A stretch of 64,000 nt of DNA from Minisyncoccota bacterium. Lineage in GTDB: Bacteria > Patescibacteriota > Minisyncoccia > JBAYJV01. The stretch is taken from positions 26,998 to 90,997 of the forward strand of contig JBAYJV010000004.1 of assembly GCA_041664925.1 (NCBI GenBank), given 5' to 3'. The notes beneath the pieces are model-generated. The model was not told the origin of the DNA. It searched no databases and saw nothing but the letters and a program-made list of their open reading frames with translations. Of the stretch, positions 30,195 through 41,299 are shown piece after piece; within the stretch, counting starts at the first letter, position 1; each line of letters starts with the position of its first letter. A program made the position numbers and the translations under genes.

Positions 30195-30396
30195 ATTTTA
30201 CCACAGAACTTTAATTTACAGATGTGCATAATACTAAAGTCACGGATGGGCAAAGCAAAAAGCCACGACCAGTGTGGCTTACAAGAATTTTGTAGACTCG
30301 ACCGGATTCCCTCCTTCTCCCTGCAAGCCGGGATTCGGACGGGCAAAGCGAACTAGTGACCTCCCCGGCATGCCGGGGCGTTCTATTTTAAACACA

Positions 30397-30469
30397 TGGA
30401 CCGATGGGGACTCGAACCCCAGACCTCCGCATTGCAAATGCGATGCTCTACCAACTGAGCTATCGGCCC
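30397..30469 (-). tRNA. tRNA-Ala (anticodon TGC) with the G3:U70 identity pair
   Basis: GGGCCGATAGCTCAGTTGGTAGAGC..., anticodon loop TTTGCAA, GGTTCGAGTCC. The acceptor has G3-T70. Confidence 0.9.
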
Positions 30470-30589
30470 GTTAGATTTTGTTATTGAACGCAGTGAAATC
30501 TAAAAAATCTTACGCCCTACCGTAGCTTTTTAGCGAAGGCGGGCAACAACATTGACTGTTAACAAATATACTTCATTTGCACCAAAAAA

Positions 30590-31771
30590 TCAATCACCGC
30601 TTAGTGTTTTCATATAAATTTCATGGGTTTTTTTTGCCATTTCTTGCCAGTCATATTTTTCTAAAATATTCTGAGCTTCCATTAGAAGTTTAATTTGAAG
30701 CCTTTTGTCCTGCAAAAGAACATTTAATTTATTCGCCATATCTTCCGGATTGTGAGGATCAAAATAAATAGATGAGTTTTTTAACACTTCTTTTAGAGGG
30801 TCAATATTGGAGCAAGCAACGGCCGTACCTTGGTTGAGCGCTTCAATTGTCACAAGACCAAAACCCTCGTAAAGAGAAGGTAAAACAAAAACATCTGCTG
30901 CTTGATATAAAAGATTTAATTTTTCGCCATAAAGAAATCCTGGTCTTATGATCTTGTTTTCCAATCCTCTTTTTTTCCACTCTTCTCTTGTTTCCGGATA
31001 ATAAGAATCTTCTGTCCCTCCCAAGACTAAATTGCCTTGAAAATTATATTTTTTTACTAAAATATCAAAAGCGTGGATAAGGTTTGGTAGATTTTTGTGC
31101 TCTCGCCACACGCCAACATAGAAAATGTATGGTTTTCTTAGATTTTTTAAGTTAAATTTTGACTGGAGATTTTTAAGCGCTATTTCTTTATTCTGAGTAT
31201 AGTTTTCAAGAAATTCTTTTCTTTGATCTGCTGTATTTTTATACTTAATGCCCTCATAAATGATTCCTATCTTATCTTTTTCAACTTTATAAAAATTAAT
31301 TAAATCTTTTTTTGTTTTTTCTGATGGAGTAATAATGTGTTTTGCTTTTTTTGTGCCGACTTTCAAAATTAAATCATAAGCTTTTCTCTTGTACCAACTT
31401 TGTCCCATTTTGTGCCCTGGAAAAAATTTAGGCGTAATATCGTGAATCGTTGTTATATATTTGCCCCGATAAAAAATAGGTAAATTGAAATGAGGAAAAT
31501 GAACTAAATCAAGTTTATATTTCAATAAATCGTGCAAAAAGAATATTTGTTCTTTGGCACTATACCAATGAGAAGTGACTTTTATTTTTTTAAAGTTTTC
31601 TCCAGGTAAAATTATAGATTCCATTGCATCTGGCAATAAAAAAATAAAATAATAATTAATTTTATCTATTTTGGCTAGATAATCTATGAGATACTGAATG
31701 TAGGTACCAATGCCGGTTTGTTGCGGTCCATACATTCTTGCATCAATGCCAATTTTGAATTTTTTATCCAT
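30590..31771 (-). CDS. Glycosyltransferase family 4
   Basis: A C-terminal 'EGFGLVTIEAL' GT4 motif and a GT-B-like N-domain. Length is 393 aa. Confidence 0.8.
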   Translation of the reverse strand: MDKKFKIGIDARMYGPQQTGIGTYIQYLIDYLAKIDKINYYFIFLLPDAMESIILPGENFKKIKVTSHWYSAKEQIFFLHDLLKYKLDLVHFPHFNLPIFYRGKYITTIHDITPKFFPGHKMGQSWYKRKAYDLILKVGTKKAKHIITPSEKTKKDLINFYKVEKDKIGIIYEGIKYKNTADQRKEFLENYTQNKEIALKNLQSKFNLKNLRKPYIFYVGVWREHKNLPNLIHAFDILVKKYNFQGNLVLGGTEDSYYPETREEWKKRGLENKIIRPGFLYGEKLNLLYQAADVFVLPSLYEGFGLVTIEALNQGTAVACSNIDPLKEVLKNSSIYFDPHNPEDMANKLNVLLQDKRLQIKLLMEAQNILEKYDWQEMAKKTHEIYMKTLSGD

Positions 31772-32921
31772 TATTTTTAAATAATTTTATTGTTTCCTGG
31801 GCACAGTTTTTCCAATTAAATTTCTGAGAAATTTTTATAGCTTTTTTTTCAAGCTTATTTCTTAAGGCTGGATCATTTAAAAGCAATTCCATTGCCCATG
31901 TAATTTCACTATATCGATATGGGTCGATCATAATCCCCCCTTCTCCAACGACAGAAGAAAGTGACGATCTATTGGATGCAATAATCGGCAAGCCACAACT
32001 CATCGCCTCAAGAATTGGCAATCCAAATCCTTCAAAGAAACTGGGATACACAAAAATCTTTGCTAGATTATACAGATAAATTCTCTCGTTTCGATCTATT
32101 GGTCCTAAGAAAAATATATCTTTTTTATAATTAGATTTTTGGATTTCGTGAAAAATTTTTCTAAAAAGCCATCCTTTTGGTCCCGCCAAAACTAACTTAT
32201 ATTTACCAAACTCAGAATTGCAATTTCTTAAAAGATTATAAGCCTTAACAATAGACACTATGTTTTTCCTAGGCTCCAGTGTTCCGAGATATAGAATGAA
32301 ATCATTGGGTAAGTTGTGTTTTTGTATAATCTTCTTTAAAGTTTTACTAGATTTTTCAATTGGTTTTAGGTCTTCCCCTTTCCCCAAGGAAATAACTGTG
32401 ATTTTGCCTTTTTTGATATTGTAGAAATATTCTATGTCTTGTTTTGTTGATTCAGAAACAGAAAAAATTTTCTTCGATCTCTCAGCTAAAAATTTTGGCC
32501 TAATAAACCAGTGCCAAAGCCTGCTTTTATAAGAAAAAAATTCAGGAAATCTTTTAAAAGAAAGGTCGTGAAATGTAATGATTGTTTTTTTTAGAATATG
32601 CTCTGGAATAATATTAATATTTGGAGCAAAAAATACATCGGGTCTTTCAAGAAATTTATCTAAATTTGGCCAATTAAGAAAACGCCAACAAACAGCAAGT
32701 AGTTTATTTGGATAATTTAAATGTTTGTTTCCTACATTAGAATATTTTTTGCATAATTCCTTTATATCGTCGTGAATTAGTTTATTTTTCCCGCTAGAAA
32801 ATAATAAATATTTATTTTCTTGATCAATTTTAAAAATTTCTTCAAGCAAACACAAAAGATATTCCTGAACTCCAGAATGTATTCTGTCCTGCAATGCCCT
32901 GATATCAATTGCGATTTTCAT
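31764..32921 (-). CDS. Glycosyltransferase family 4
   Basis: 'EGFGLPILEAMSCGLPIIAS' motif. It overlaps the downstream GT4 gene by 8 nt, which suggests an operon. Confidence 0.8.
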   Translation of the reverse strand: MKIAIDIRALQDRIHSGVQEYLLCLLEEIFKIDQENKYLLFSSGKNKLIHDDIKELCKKYSNVGNKHLNYPNKLLAVCWRFLNWPNLDKFLERPDVFFAPNINIIPEHILKKTIITFHDLSFKRFPEFFSYKSRLWHWFIRPKFLAERSKKIFSVSESTKQDIEYFYNIKKGKITVISLGKGEDLKPIEKSSKTLKKIIQKHNLPNDFILYLGTLEPRKNIVSIVKAYNLLRNCNSEFGKYKLVLAGPKGWLFRKIFHEIQKSNYKKDIFFLGPIDRNERIYLYNLAKIFVYPSFFEGFGLPILEAMSCGLPIIASNRSSLSSVVGEGGIMIDPYRYSEITWAMELLLNDPALRNKLEKKAIKISQKFNWKNCAQETIKLFKNNG

Positions 32922-32998
32922 AAATTACAAACTAATAATATTTGCGTTTTTTGTTCTATTCATTTAGCATACCACCCAAAAACTTTTTTGAAAAGAAA

Positions 32999-33023
32999 AG
33001 CGAGACAAAAATCTTGTCTCGCT
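32999..33023 (-). terminator. Stem-loop terminator-like hairpin (GCGAGACAA-loop-TTGTCTCGC)
   Basis: A perfect 9-bp stem immediately downstream of the 117-aa gene. Confidence 0.45.
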
Positions 33024-33030
33024 TGCTTTC

Positions 33031-33384
33031 TTAAAAACTACTACGAGTGGTAAATCGAATACCGTCTTCCATGTCTCTTTTTGTTCTTTCAAATTCTTCT
33101 TTTTCTTTTTTCAGAACGTCACTTACTAAATCTTCGGGTATTACAAGAAGAAGATCGGGCCAGAATGGAAGCTTTAGCAGATAACTTTTGGTTTTTTCAT
33201 CCCAATAGTAATAAATCCGAAAATCTAGTCTTTCGCCTTCAGAATGCAAAACACATAACATTCCTACTTCTGCTTTATCCTTTATCTCAAGTATTGCGTC
33301 ATTTCCTATATCTCTAAGACTATATCTGGGACCCATAATACTTTCTACTAGTTTTCTTATGTGTTTTGCTGTGATTTGACTCAT
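33031..33384 (-). CDS. Hypothetical protein
   Basis: A 117-aa ORF. No family could be recognised. Confidence 0.4.
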   Translation of the reverse strand: MSQITAKHIRKLVESIMGPRYSLRDIGNDAILEIKDKAEVGMLCVLHSEGERLDFRIYYYWDEKTKSYLLKLPFWPDLLLVIPEDLVSDVLKKEKEEFERTKRDMEDGIRFTTRSSF

Positions 33385-33622
33385 CTGTTTTTCTCCTCTT
33401 CCTTTGAAAACTTCTAAATACCAACTCTTGTTTTGGGCTTACTTGTTTACACTTATCACCTCCTCATTTTTTAAAGAACAAAAAATAGCCCTTTGATAGG
33501 CTATTTTATTATCAAGAACTTTATTAGATTTTTAGAAAAAGAAAAAACAACCTATCTAGGACTAGTTATTAAAAACCACCAAAACAAATTGTTATAAAAC
33601 TTTTTATTCATATTTTTCTATG

Positions 33623-33696
33623 TGGGCGTACTTGGACTTGAACCAAGGACCTCGTCATTATCAGTGACGCGCTCTAGCCAACTGAGCTATACGCCC
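33623..33696 (-). tRNA. tRNA-Ile (anticodon GAT)
   Basis: GGGCGTATAGCTCAGTTGGCTAGAGC, anticodon stem CGTCA/TGACG, loop CTGATAA, GGTTCAAGTCC. A hairpin at about 33492-33520 looks like its terminator. Confidence 0.9.
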
Positions 33697-33797
33697 GTAA
33701 TTTAGAATATAAGCTATTTTACAAAAATATCAGATAAAATCAAGTCTGTACGCAAAATATCTGACAAAACATCATTACTTCTTAATCCTGACCATTG

Positions 33798-34541
33798 CTA
33801 ACATTTATCCCAAATAAATTGAAACCATTGCCTATAACTTTCTGCTAATAATTTGTTTTTGGTAATAATAACCGTTATTCTTTCGTCAAATCTTCCAACG
33901 CTTTTAATTACGACTGTGGCTATTCGATCTCCGTATATATCTATAGTTGCCTGACTATCATATTGTTTGGGTAAAATTTTGTATTGCCAAAATTTCTCAC
34001 GACCTTTAATTAGCTTTTTAAATTCTTCTTTTGCCTTGTCATCCACAAGAGTGTTTAATTTTATTTTTTTCTTTTTTGCTTCAATCCAAAATTCATCCAT
34101 AAAAGAAGATATTTGTTCATCCGCCCAAGCACTTTTTATTCCGACAGCATAAATGTTTTCTCCGACTTCGAGAATGTCTCTAAATAAATTTTTATATCCC
34201 TCAATCCCCTTATATATAGACACATCTTCTTCTAGATATTTATCTTTATAAAGTTTTTTTAGCTTAGGCAAAACTTTTTCTACTGCTATTTTTTTCTCTC
34301 CAACAATTTCTAATAGTTTTACAGGATTTACGGCGGCATACTTATGTTCTTGGCTGGTTACAATACACGAAAGAAGTCCTTTTTCAACAAGACGATTAAC
34401 AGTATCATAGACATTTCTTCGATGGATATTAGCGCGAAGTGCTATGTCTGAAACTGAAGATCGTCCCAGCTCAAGGAGAGTTTCATAGACTTTTGCCTCA
34501 TTTAAAGACAGCCCAATAGATTGAAATAATTCTGTGTACAT
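33798..34541 (-). CDS. TrmB-family (HTH) transcriptional regulator
   Basis: An N-terminal wHTH 'LSLNEAKVYETLLELGRSSVSDIALRANIHRRNVYDTVNRLVEKGLL' is typical of TrmB-like regulators. Length is 247 aa. Confidence 0.6.
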   Translation of the reverse strand: MYTELFQSIGLSLNEAKVYETLLELGRSSVSDIALRANIHRRNVYDTVNRLVEKGLLSCIVTSQEHKYAAVNPVKLLEIVGEKKIAVEKVLPKLKKLYKDKYLEEDVSIYKGIEGYKNLFRDILEVGENIYAVGIKSAWADEQISSFMDEFWIEAKKKKIKLNTLVDDKAKEEFKKLIKGREKFWQYKILPKQYDSQATIDIYGDRIATVVIKSVGRFDERITVIITKNKLLAESYRQWFQFIWDKC

Positions 34542-34615
34542 GGTTATTTTATTAGTTTATTGAATTAAATTTGGAATTGAATTAATCAAAAATGGTCAAA
34601 AATACTGTGGTGGTG

Positions 34616-34644
34616 TTGGCCACTCATATATGATATGATAAAAT
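34616..34644 (+). promoter_or_regulatory. Putative sigma70-type promoter (TTGGCC-N17-TAAAAT) for the paralog pair
   Basis: The hexamers are visible in the divergent intergenic region between the TrmB-like gene and ORF A. Confidence 0.4.
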
Positions 34645-34654
34645 GGTATTAGGG

Positions 34655-34671
34655 TCAAGAATCGTTCTTGA
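34655..34671. promoter_or_regulatory. Perfect inverted-repeat operator candidate TCAAGAA-tcg-TTCTTGA
   Basis: A 7-bp IR with a 3-bp spacer between the putative -10 and the RBS of ORF A. It lies next to a divergently transcribed HTH regulator. Confidence 0.45.
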
Positions 34672-34700
34672 TTGTTCCTAAAAAAACAAAGGAGGAAATC

Positions 34701-35078
34701 GTGAGGAAATTCAAAGTAGAAAAAACTAGAATCCACAATGTTTTTTCTCCAGGAAATCGGTATCCATTCAATCTATTTCTAGAAACCACCTCTGGCGGTT
34801 CTGTAGTTGCGTTTATTGATAATGATAGTTCCTATACTTGTTCGTCGGATGACATTCGTTCATCAATTGAAGAAGCTTGGAAAAAATTGACTATAGTACT
34901 TTGTCAAAACAAAAATATTCTAGGCATCGCGATAGTTGCCCATCCATTCGAAATTCGTTGTAGCTTCAAGAGAGAAAACTATGAAGGAGATAAGTGTGAA
35001 AGCTTTATTGCTATCTTTCTGGCCGACCTTCGGAAGAATGGTTGGATAATACCCGACTACTATATCATCCAGAATTGA
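34701..35078 (+). CDS. Hypothetical protein, paralog A of a tandem pair (GTG start)
   Basis: RBS AAGGAGGAAATC then GTG. It is a paralog of the downstream ORF (shared 'EK..I..F.P.NR.P.F.L.L', 'W K.L.I', 'C...R......D.SF.IA.L..LRK..W'). GC content is higher than the surroundings. Confidence 0.5.
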   Translation: MRKFKVEKTRIHNVFSPGNRYPFNLFLETTSGGSVVAFIDNDSSYTCSSDDIRSSIEEAWKKLTIVLCQNKNILGIAIVAHPFEIRCSFKRENYEGDKCESFIAIFLADLRKNGWIIPDYYIIQN

Positions 35079-35102
35079 TCACTGCAAACAAAGGAGGAAA
35101 TC

Positions 35103-35549
35103 GTGAAAGTCGTAGCAGAAAAAGTAACGATATCGGGTATGTATGCGCCGAATCATCGACTTCCATCATTCACATTGGTTCTAAAGAAAAAGGTTCGCAG
35201 TCGCAAAATCAATGTGAATGTTGACGATATTCACGATTCGACACTTCTTGAAAGTTTTTCTTTTGACGAAACCTGGAAAGAGCTTGTGATTGCGTTTATG
35301 CAAATTGAACTCACAGAAAGTGTTACTGCTAATAAGTACTATCATAGAGGCCTTCAATGTTCTGTTAGAAAACCGGTCACTTCGGTCACTCTATCCGACT
35401 TCACTATTGCCCTATTAGATAGTTTTCGAGAGAAGAAGTGGAACTTCGAAGACTGTTATGTAAATCACGAATACATTGCCAGAGATGAAAAAGGATTATC
35501 ACCAACAGATAAAATTCAAATGGCAATTAAAAAGACCACCAGTTCTTAA
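35103..35549 (+). CDS. Hypothetical protein, paralog B of a tandem pair (GTG start)
   Basis: The upstream motif is identical (caaaggaggaaatcGTG), and it encodes 148 aa. Confidence 0.55.
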   Translation: MKVVAEKVTISGMYAPNHRLPSFTLVLKKKVRSRKINVNVDDIHDSTLLESFSFDETWKELVIAFMQIELTESVTANKYYHRGLQCSVRKPVTSVTLSDFTIALLDSFREKKWNFEDCYVNHEYIARDEKGLSPTDKIQMAIKKTTSS

Positions 35550-35557
35550 GAAAAAAA

Positions 35558-35589
35558 AGAGCTCCAGAAATGGGGCTCTTCTTTTTTTA
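35558..35589. terminator. Bidirectional rho-independent terminator (AGAGCTCC-loop-GGGGCTCT, flanked by A/T runs)
   Basis: aaaaaaaagagctccagaaatggggctcttcttttttt lies between the end of ORF B (+) and the 3' end of 16S (-). Confidence 0.6.
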
Positions 35590-35752
35590 CATAAAAAAAC
35601 ACCCAAAAAATATTAAGTGTTCTTTTTTAAACCAATTCTTTAGGGTTACCCCGAGACTGATTTTTTGAGATGTTCAGTCGCATCTCTGTCTTGTCCAATG
35701 GACAAGAGGTCGACTCCCACCCCGAACAATAAAGTTCAGAGTGAAGATTCTC

Positions 35753-37340
<1,588 letters not shown>

Positions 37341-37462
37341 AAATGTCTCTAAAAGACAAAAAGAAAAGATCGGGATAACTCTGAAAAATTGGTTCACTGT
37401 CTACTTCTTCTTTTTAAGGAGCAAAAACCATTAGGCAAGTATCGCCTATAGTTGTTATATCT

Positions 37463-37490
37463 ATTTTATGCAAGAAAAACTAATTGTCAA
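37463..37490 (-). promoter_or_regulatory. Sigma70-type promoter for 16S (TTGACA-N16-TAAAAT on the minus strand)
   Basis: rc reads ggtaTTGACAattagtttttcttgcaTAAAATag, about 130 nt upstream of the 16S 5' end. Confidence 0.45.
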
Positions 37491-37499
37491 TACCCTAAT

Positions 37500-38963
37500 T
37501 TAATAATTAGTAGATTTATTTTCTTTTATTATTTCTTGTTCTAAATAATCAGCAAGTAAGAATAAATCTTCTTCTCTGAATGGTTTTCCTATTAATTGCA
37601 CACCTATCGGCATTTTTCCAACTTTTCCGCAGGGTAAACTAATTGCCGGTAACCCTGCTAAATTAGCCGGAACCGTAAATATATCTGAAAGATACATCTC
37701 TAACGGGCTAATTTTTTCGCCAACTTTAAATGCAGGAGTCGGAGTTGTCGGAGTAAGTAAGATATCGTATTTTTTAAATATCTCTGAAAACTCGTCTCGA
37801 ATAATCTGTCTCATTGCCTGAGCTCTAATATAATAATCATCATAATAACCTGAGCTTAGAGCATAAGTACCTAGTATAATACGCCTTCTTGTCTCGTTAC
37901 CAAAACCACTAGTACGATTTTGAATATAAATATCGATAAGATTTTTTTCTTGTTTCTTAGAGGATTTTTGCCCGTAGCGGAGATTATCATAACGAGCTAA
38001 GTTAGCTGAAGCTTCTGACGGCATAATTATATAGTATGTCGCCAAAGCATAGTCCGTATGAGAAAGACTGGTTTTTTCTACACTAAATCCTTTTTTCGTA
38101 AGTTGTTCAATTAGGTAATCTATATTTCCTTTAATGTTCTTGTCTAGGCTTTGAGGAAAATATTCCACAGGAATACCGATTTTTAATTTCTTAGGATCTT
38201 TAATAAAAATCTCATTCACGCTAGATACATCATGGTCTTCTCTAGAAGTTGCGTCAAAAGGATCTTTTCCACGTATCAAGTCAAATACATAAGCTGATTC
38301 TTTGACTGTCTTAGTTAGTGGTCCTATAACATCAAGAGATGAAGCTAAAGATATGAGTCCATAGCGACTCACGCTACCGTATGTCGGCTTTAAACCAACA
38401 ACCCCACAGAATGCTGCCGGTTGCCTAACAGAACCACCTGTTTCCGATCCTAGAGCAAATAGACATTCTCCCCCTGCTACTGCCGCAGCTGATCCACCAG
38501 ACGATCCGCCAGGAACTTTTTCTGTGTCATGAGGATTTTTTGTTACAAAAAATGCTGAATTTTCTGTTGAAGAACCCATGGCAAATTCATCAAGATTTGT
38601 TTTTCCCAAAAAAATCGTTTTTTCCTTTCTAAGTTTTTTTATTACAGTTGCGTCGTAACTTGCCACATAATTTTCTAATACTCTTGATCCAGCAGTAGCT
38701 CTTTGTTCTTTAATTAGAATGTTGTCTTTGATAGCTGCCGGTATGCCACAAAACAACCCCATTTTCTCTTTTTGGCCTATGGTCTTGTCTATTTCTCGAG
38801 CATCTTCTATTGCCCTATTATTTACGCGCAAAAAAGCGCTAAATTTTTTATCTTTTTCTTCTATTCTTTTTAGGAAATATTCTGTCAATTCTTCAACAGA
38901 TATTTTTCTCTCATTTAGAAGATTATTAATTTCAAAAATTGTTTTTTTCTCAAAATTAATCAT
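37500..38963 (-). CDS. gatA: Glutamyl-tRNA(Gln)/aspartyl-tRNA(Asn) amidotransferase subunit A
   Basis: Amidase signature 'GGSSGGSAAAVA...GSETGGSVRQPA'. Length is 487 aa. Confidence 0.9.
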   Translation of the reverse strand: MINFEKKTIFEINNLLNERKISVEELTEYFLKRIEEKDKKFSAFLRVNNRAIEDAREIDKTIGQKEKMGLFCGIPAAIKDNILIKEQRATAGSRVLENYVASYDATVIKKLRKEKTIFLGKTNLDEFAMGSSTENSAFFVTKNPHDTEKVPGGSSGGSAAAVAGGECLFALGSETGGSVRQPAAFCGVVGLKPTYGSVSRYGLISLASSLDVIGPLTKTVKESAYVFDLIRGKDPFDATSREDHDVSSVNEIFIKDPKKLKIGIPVEYFPQSLDKNIKGNIDYLIEQLTKKGFSVEKTSLSHTDYALATYYIIMPSEASANLARYDNLRYGQKSSKKQEKNLIDIYIQNRTSGFGNETRRRIILGTYALSSGYYDDYYIRAQAMRQIIRDEFSEIFKKYDILLTPTTPTPAFKVGEKISPLEMYLSDIFTVPANLAGLPAISLPCGKVGKMPIGVQLIGKPFREEDLFLLADYLEQEIIKENKSTNY

Positions 38964-39240
38964 TCTCGTTAAATATTAATGAAGTCTTGAGATAACCTTT
39001 TGACAAATGTTTTTCTTCGAATAATTTTTCGTTATTATCTACAAATTGATCATTTCGAAAAACATTTTTATTATCTATTTTGCTAATATCTTTTGTTTCA
39101 TTTATTTTCGCACCCTTGATCCTGTCGATATAATCTAAAATATCTGACAAATCTTTTTGAAAACGAATTACTTCGTCCTTAGTTAATCTAAGACGCGCTA
39201 AGTGAGCAATATTTACAACTTCTTTTGAAGTAATTTTCAT
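38956..39240 (-). CDS. gatC: Asp/Glu-tRNA amidotransferase subunit C
   Basis: 94 aa, 'VNIAHLARLRLTKDEV...DLSDILDYID'. It overlaps the gatA start by 8 nt. Confidence 0.75.
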   Translation of the reverse strand: MKITSKEVVNIAHLARLRLTKDEVIRFQKDLSDILDYIDRIKGAKINETKDISKIDNKNVFRNDQFVDNNEKLFEEKHLSKGYLKTSLIFNEND

Positions 39241-39241
39241 A

Positions 39242-41299
39242 TTAAGAAATTAGTTTTAAGAAATCTTCTTCGTTAATAATTTTAACCCCTAGTTGCTGTG
39301 CTTTTTTTAATTTCAAACCAGCATCACGACCCGCAATCAAGAAATTGATTTTTCGGTTAATTGTCTCAGAAACGATTCCGCCAAGTAGCATGACCTTTTT
39401 CTTCGCCTCTTCACGACTCATGGATTCAAGTATTCCTGTAAAGACAAAAGACTGACCCAATAATTTATCACTTATTTGACGATCTTCTTCAGGAATAATA
39501 TTAACACCCAAAATGATAAGTTCTTTTATTAAAGATTGATTTTGTTTGTCTTCGAAAAACGACACTAAGCTTTCCGCAATTTTTGGTCCCATTCCTTTTA
39601 CATTTTCTATATTTTCTTTTTTGAGACTAAAAAATACTCTAGCAAATTTTTCCAAAGAATCAATGGCGTCGCCAGCTTCGTTAATCTTTTTAATAACTAG
39701 AGCCGCTATCTCTTTCCCAATATGATTAATGCCCAAACTAGTTAAAAGTCGTACCGAGGTTATTTTTTTTGCATTATCAATTGCGTGGACTAAATTTGAA
39801 GCGGATTTTTCGGCAAACCTCTCAAGAGAAACAAGATCGTTCTCTTTTATCTTAAAAATATCGGCCATTCCAGAAACCAAGCCACTGTCAATCAGTTGAT
39901 CAATGATTTTTGGTCCCAATCCATCTATATTGAAACCACTTTTAGAAACAAAATGATATATTTTTCTCCTTTGAAGCACTCCGCAACGAGAATTCGGACA
40001 ATAAGAATTAACTTCCCCCTCTGGTTTCACAAGCACAGAATCACAAACCGGACAAGTAGATGGCAGGGCGAATTTCCTACTATTACTCGGTCTTAAATTG
40101 GCAAGTACTTGTTTTACTTGAGGAATAATGTCTCCTGCTTTATAAATAATAACCGTGTCACCAACGCGCACATCTAATCTTTCAATTTCATCCATATTAT
40201 GAAGACTTGCCCGAGACACGATGCTTCCTGCAATTTTAGTCGGATTAACAACGGCGACTGGGGTTATTCTTCCCGTTCTTCCAATGCTAATTTTTATATC
40301 TTGGACTATGGTCGTTGCTTCTTCTCCTGGATATTTCAAGGCTAATGCCCAACGAGGCGCTTTTCCTGTAAAGCCTAGTGTTTTTTGGTAATATCTTTTA
40401 TCAATTTTTGCAACTAACCCATCTAGCCAGTAATCTTTTGTGTCCTTTTTTGCGCGCCAAGACTTCCATAATTTCACAACTTCATGAATATTTTTCGCTA
40501 AAAAAATATTATTATTTACTTTCAATCCCAATGTTTTAAGATATTCGAGCTCTTCGAATTGAGTTTTGGGAATTATTGCTTCAGGCCAAGATAAGTCATA
40601 AGCAAAAAAATCGAGATGCCTTTTTTTTGTTATATTTGGATCCAGTTGGCGAACTGCGCCAGCAGCGGCATTTCTTGGATTAGCTAATAAATCTTCTCCT
40701 ATTTTTTCGCGACCCTGATTAAGTTTTTCAAAAACGCTTCTTCTCATAAAAACTTCACCTTCTATGACTACATCTATTTCTCGTGTTAATTTTAGCGGTA
40801 CTGCTTCAATCGTTTTAATGTTATTGGTCACATCCTCGCCTATTTGACCATCACCCCTGGTCGCTGCTGTTTTCAATAGACCTTTTTCATAAGTTAAAAC
40901 AAGATGCAAGCCATCTATTTTTAGCTCGCAAACATAAGAAAGTTCGGTTAAATTTTCACCGGTTTTATCAAGAAAGTACCTTTTCGCCCGTTTGTCCCAC
41001 TCTAGAATCTCTTCTTCGCTAAAAGCATCCACTAACGACCATTGTCTAATTTTGTGTCTTATTTTTTTAAATTCATCAAGCGGTTTTCCTCCAATTCTCT
41101 GTGTAGGCGAATCTTCGGATACAAATTCAGGAAACTCTCTTTCTAGGTCTAAAAGTTCGTGTTTTAAAGAATCAAGCGCTTCATCAGAAATCTCTTGACG
41201 ATCTAGAACATGATAAAGATAGCGATGATGCTCAATTTCTTTTTTAAGTTTTTCTATTCTTTGTTTTGCTTCTTCTTTTTGCATACTAATTATCATCAT
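39242..41299 (-). CDS. ligA: NAD-dependent DNA ligase
   Basis: KxDG motif 'ELKIDGLHLVL', a Zn-finger 'CPVCDSVL...CPNSRC', HhH and BRCT regions. Length is 685 aa. Confidence 0.9.
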   Translation of the reverse strand: MMIISMQKEEAKQRIEKLKKEIEHHRYLYHVLDRQEISDEALDSLKHELLDLEREFPEFVSEDSPTQRIGGKPLDEFKKIRHKIRQWSLVDAFSEEEILEWDKRAKRYFLDKTGENLTELSYVCELKIDGLHLVLTYEKGLLKTAATRGDGQIGEDVTNNIKTIEAVPLKLTREIDVVIEGEVFMRRSVFEKLNQGREKIGEDLLANPRNAAAGAVRQLDPNITKKRHLDFFAYDLSWPEAIIPKTQFEELEYLKTLGLKVNNNIFLAKNIHEVVKLWKSWRAKKDTKDYWLDGLVAKIDKRYYQKTLGFTGKAPRWALALKYPGEEATTIVQDIKISIGRTGRITPVAVVNPTKIAGSIVSRASLHNMDEIERLDVRVGDTVIIYKAGDIIPQVKQVLANLRPSNSRKFALPSTCPVCDSVLVKPEGEVNSYCPNSRCGVLQRRKIYHFVSKSGFNIDGLGPKIIDQLIDSGLVSGMADIFKIKENDLVSLERFAEKSASNLVHAIDNAKKITSVRLLTSLGINHIGKEIAALVIKKINEAGDAIDSLEKFARVFFSLKKENIENVKGMGPKIAESLVSFFEDKQNQSLIKELIILGVNIIPEEDRQISDKLLGQSFVFTGILESMSREEAKKKVMLLGGIVSETINRKINFLIAGRDAGLKLKKAQQLGVKIINEEDFLKLIS

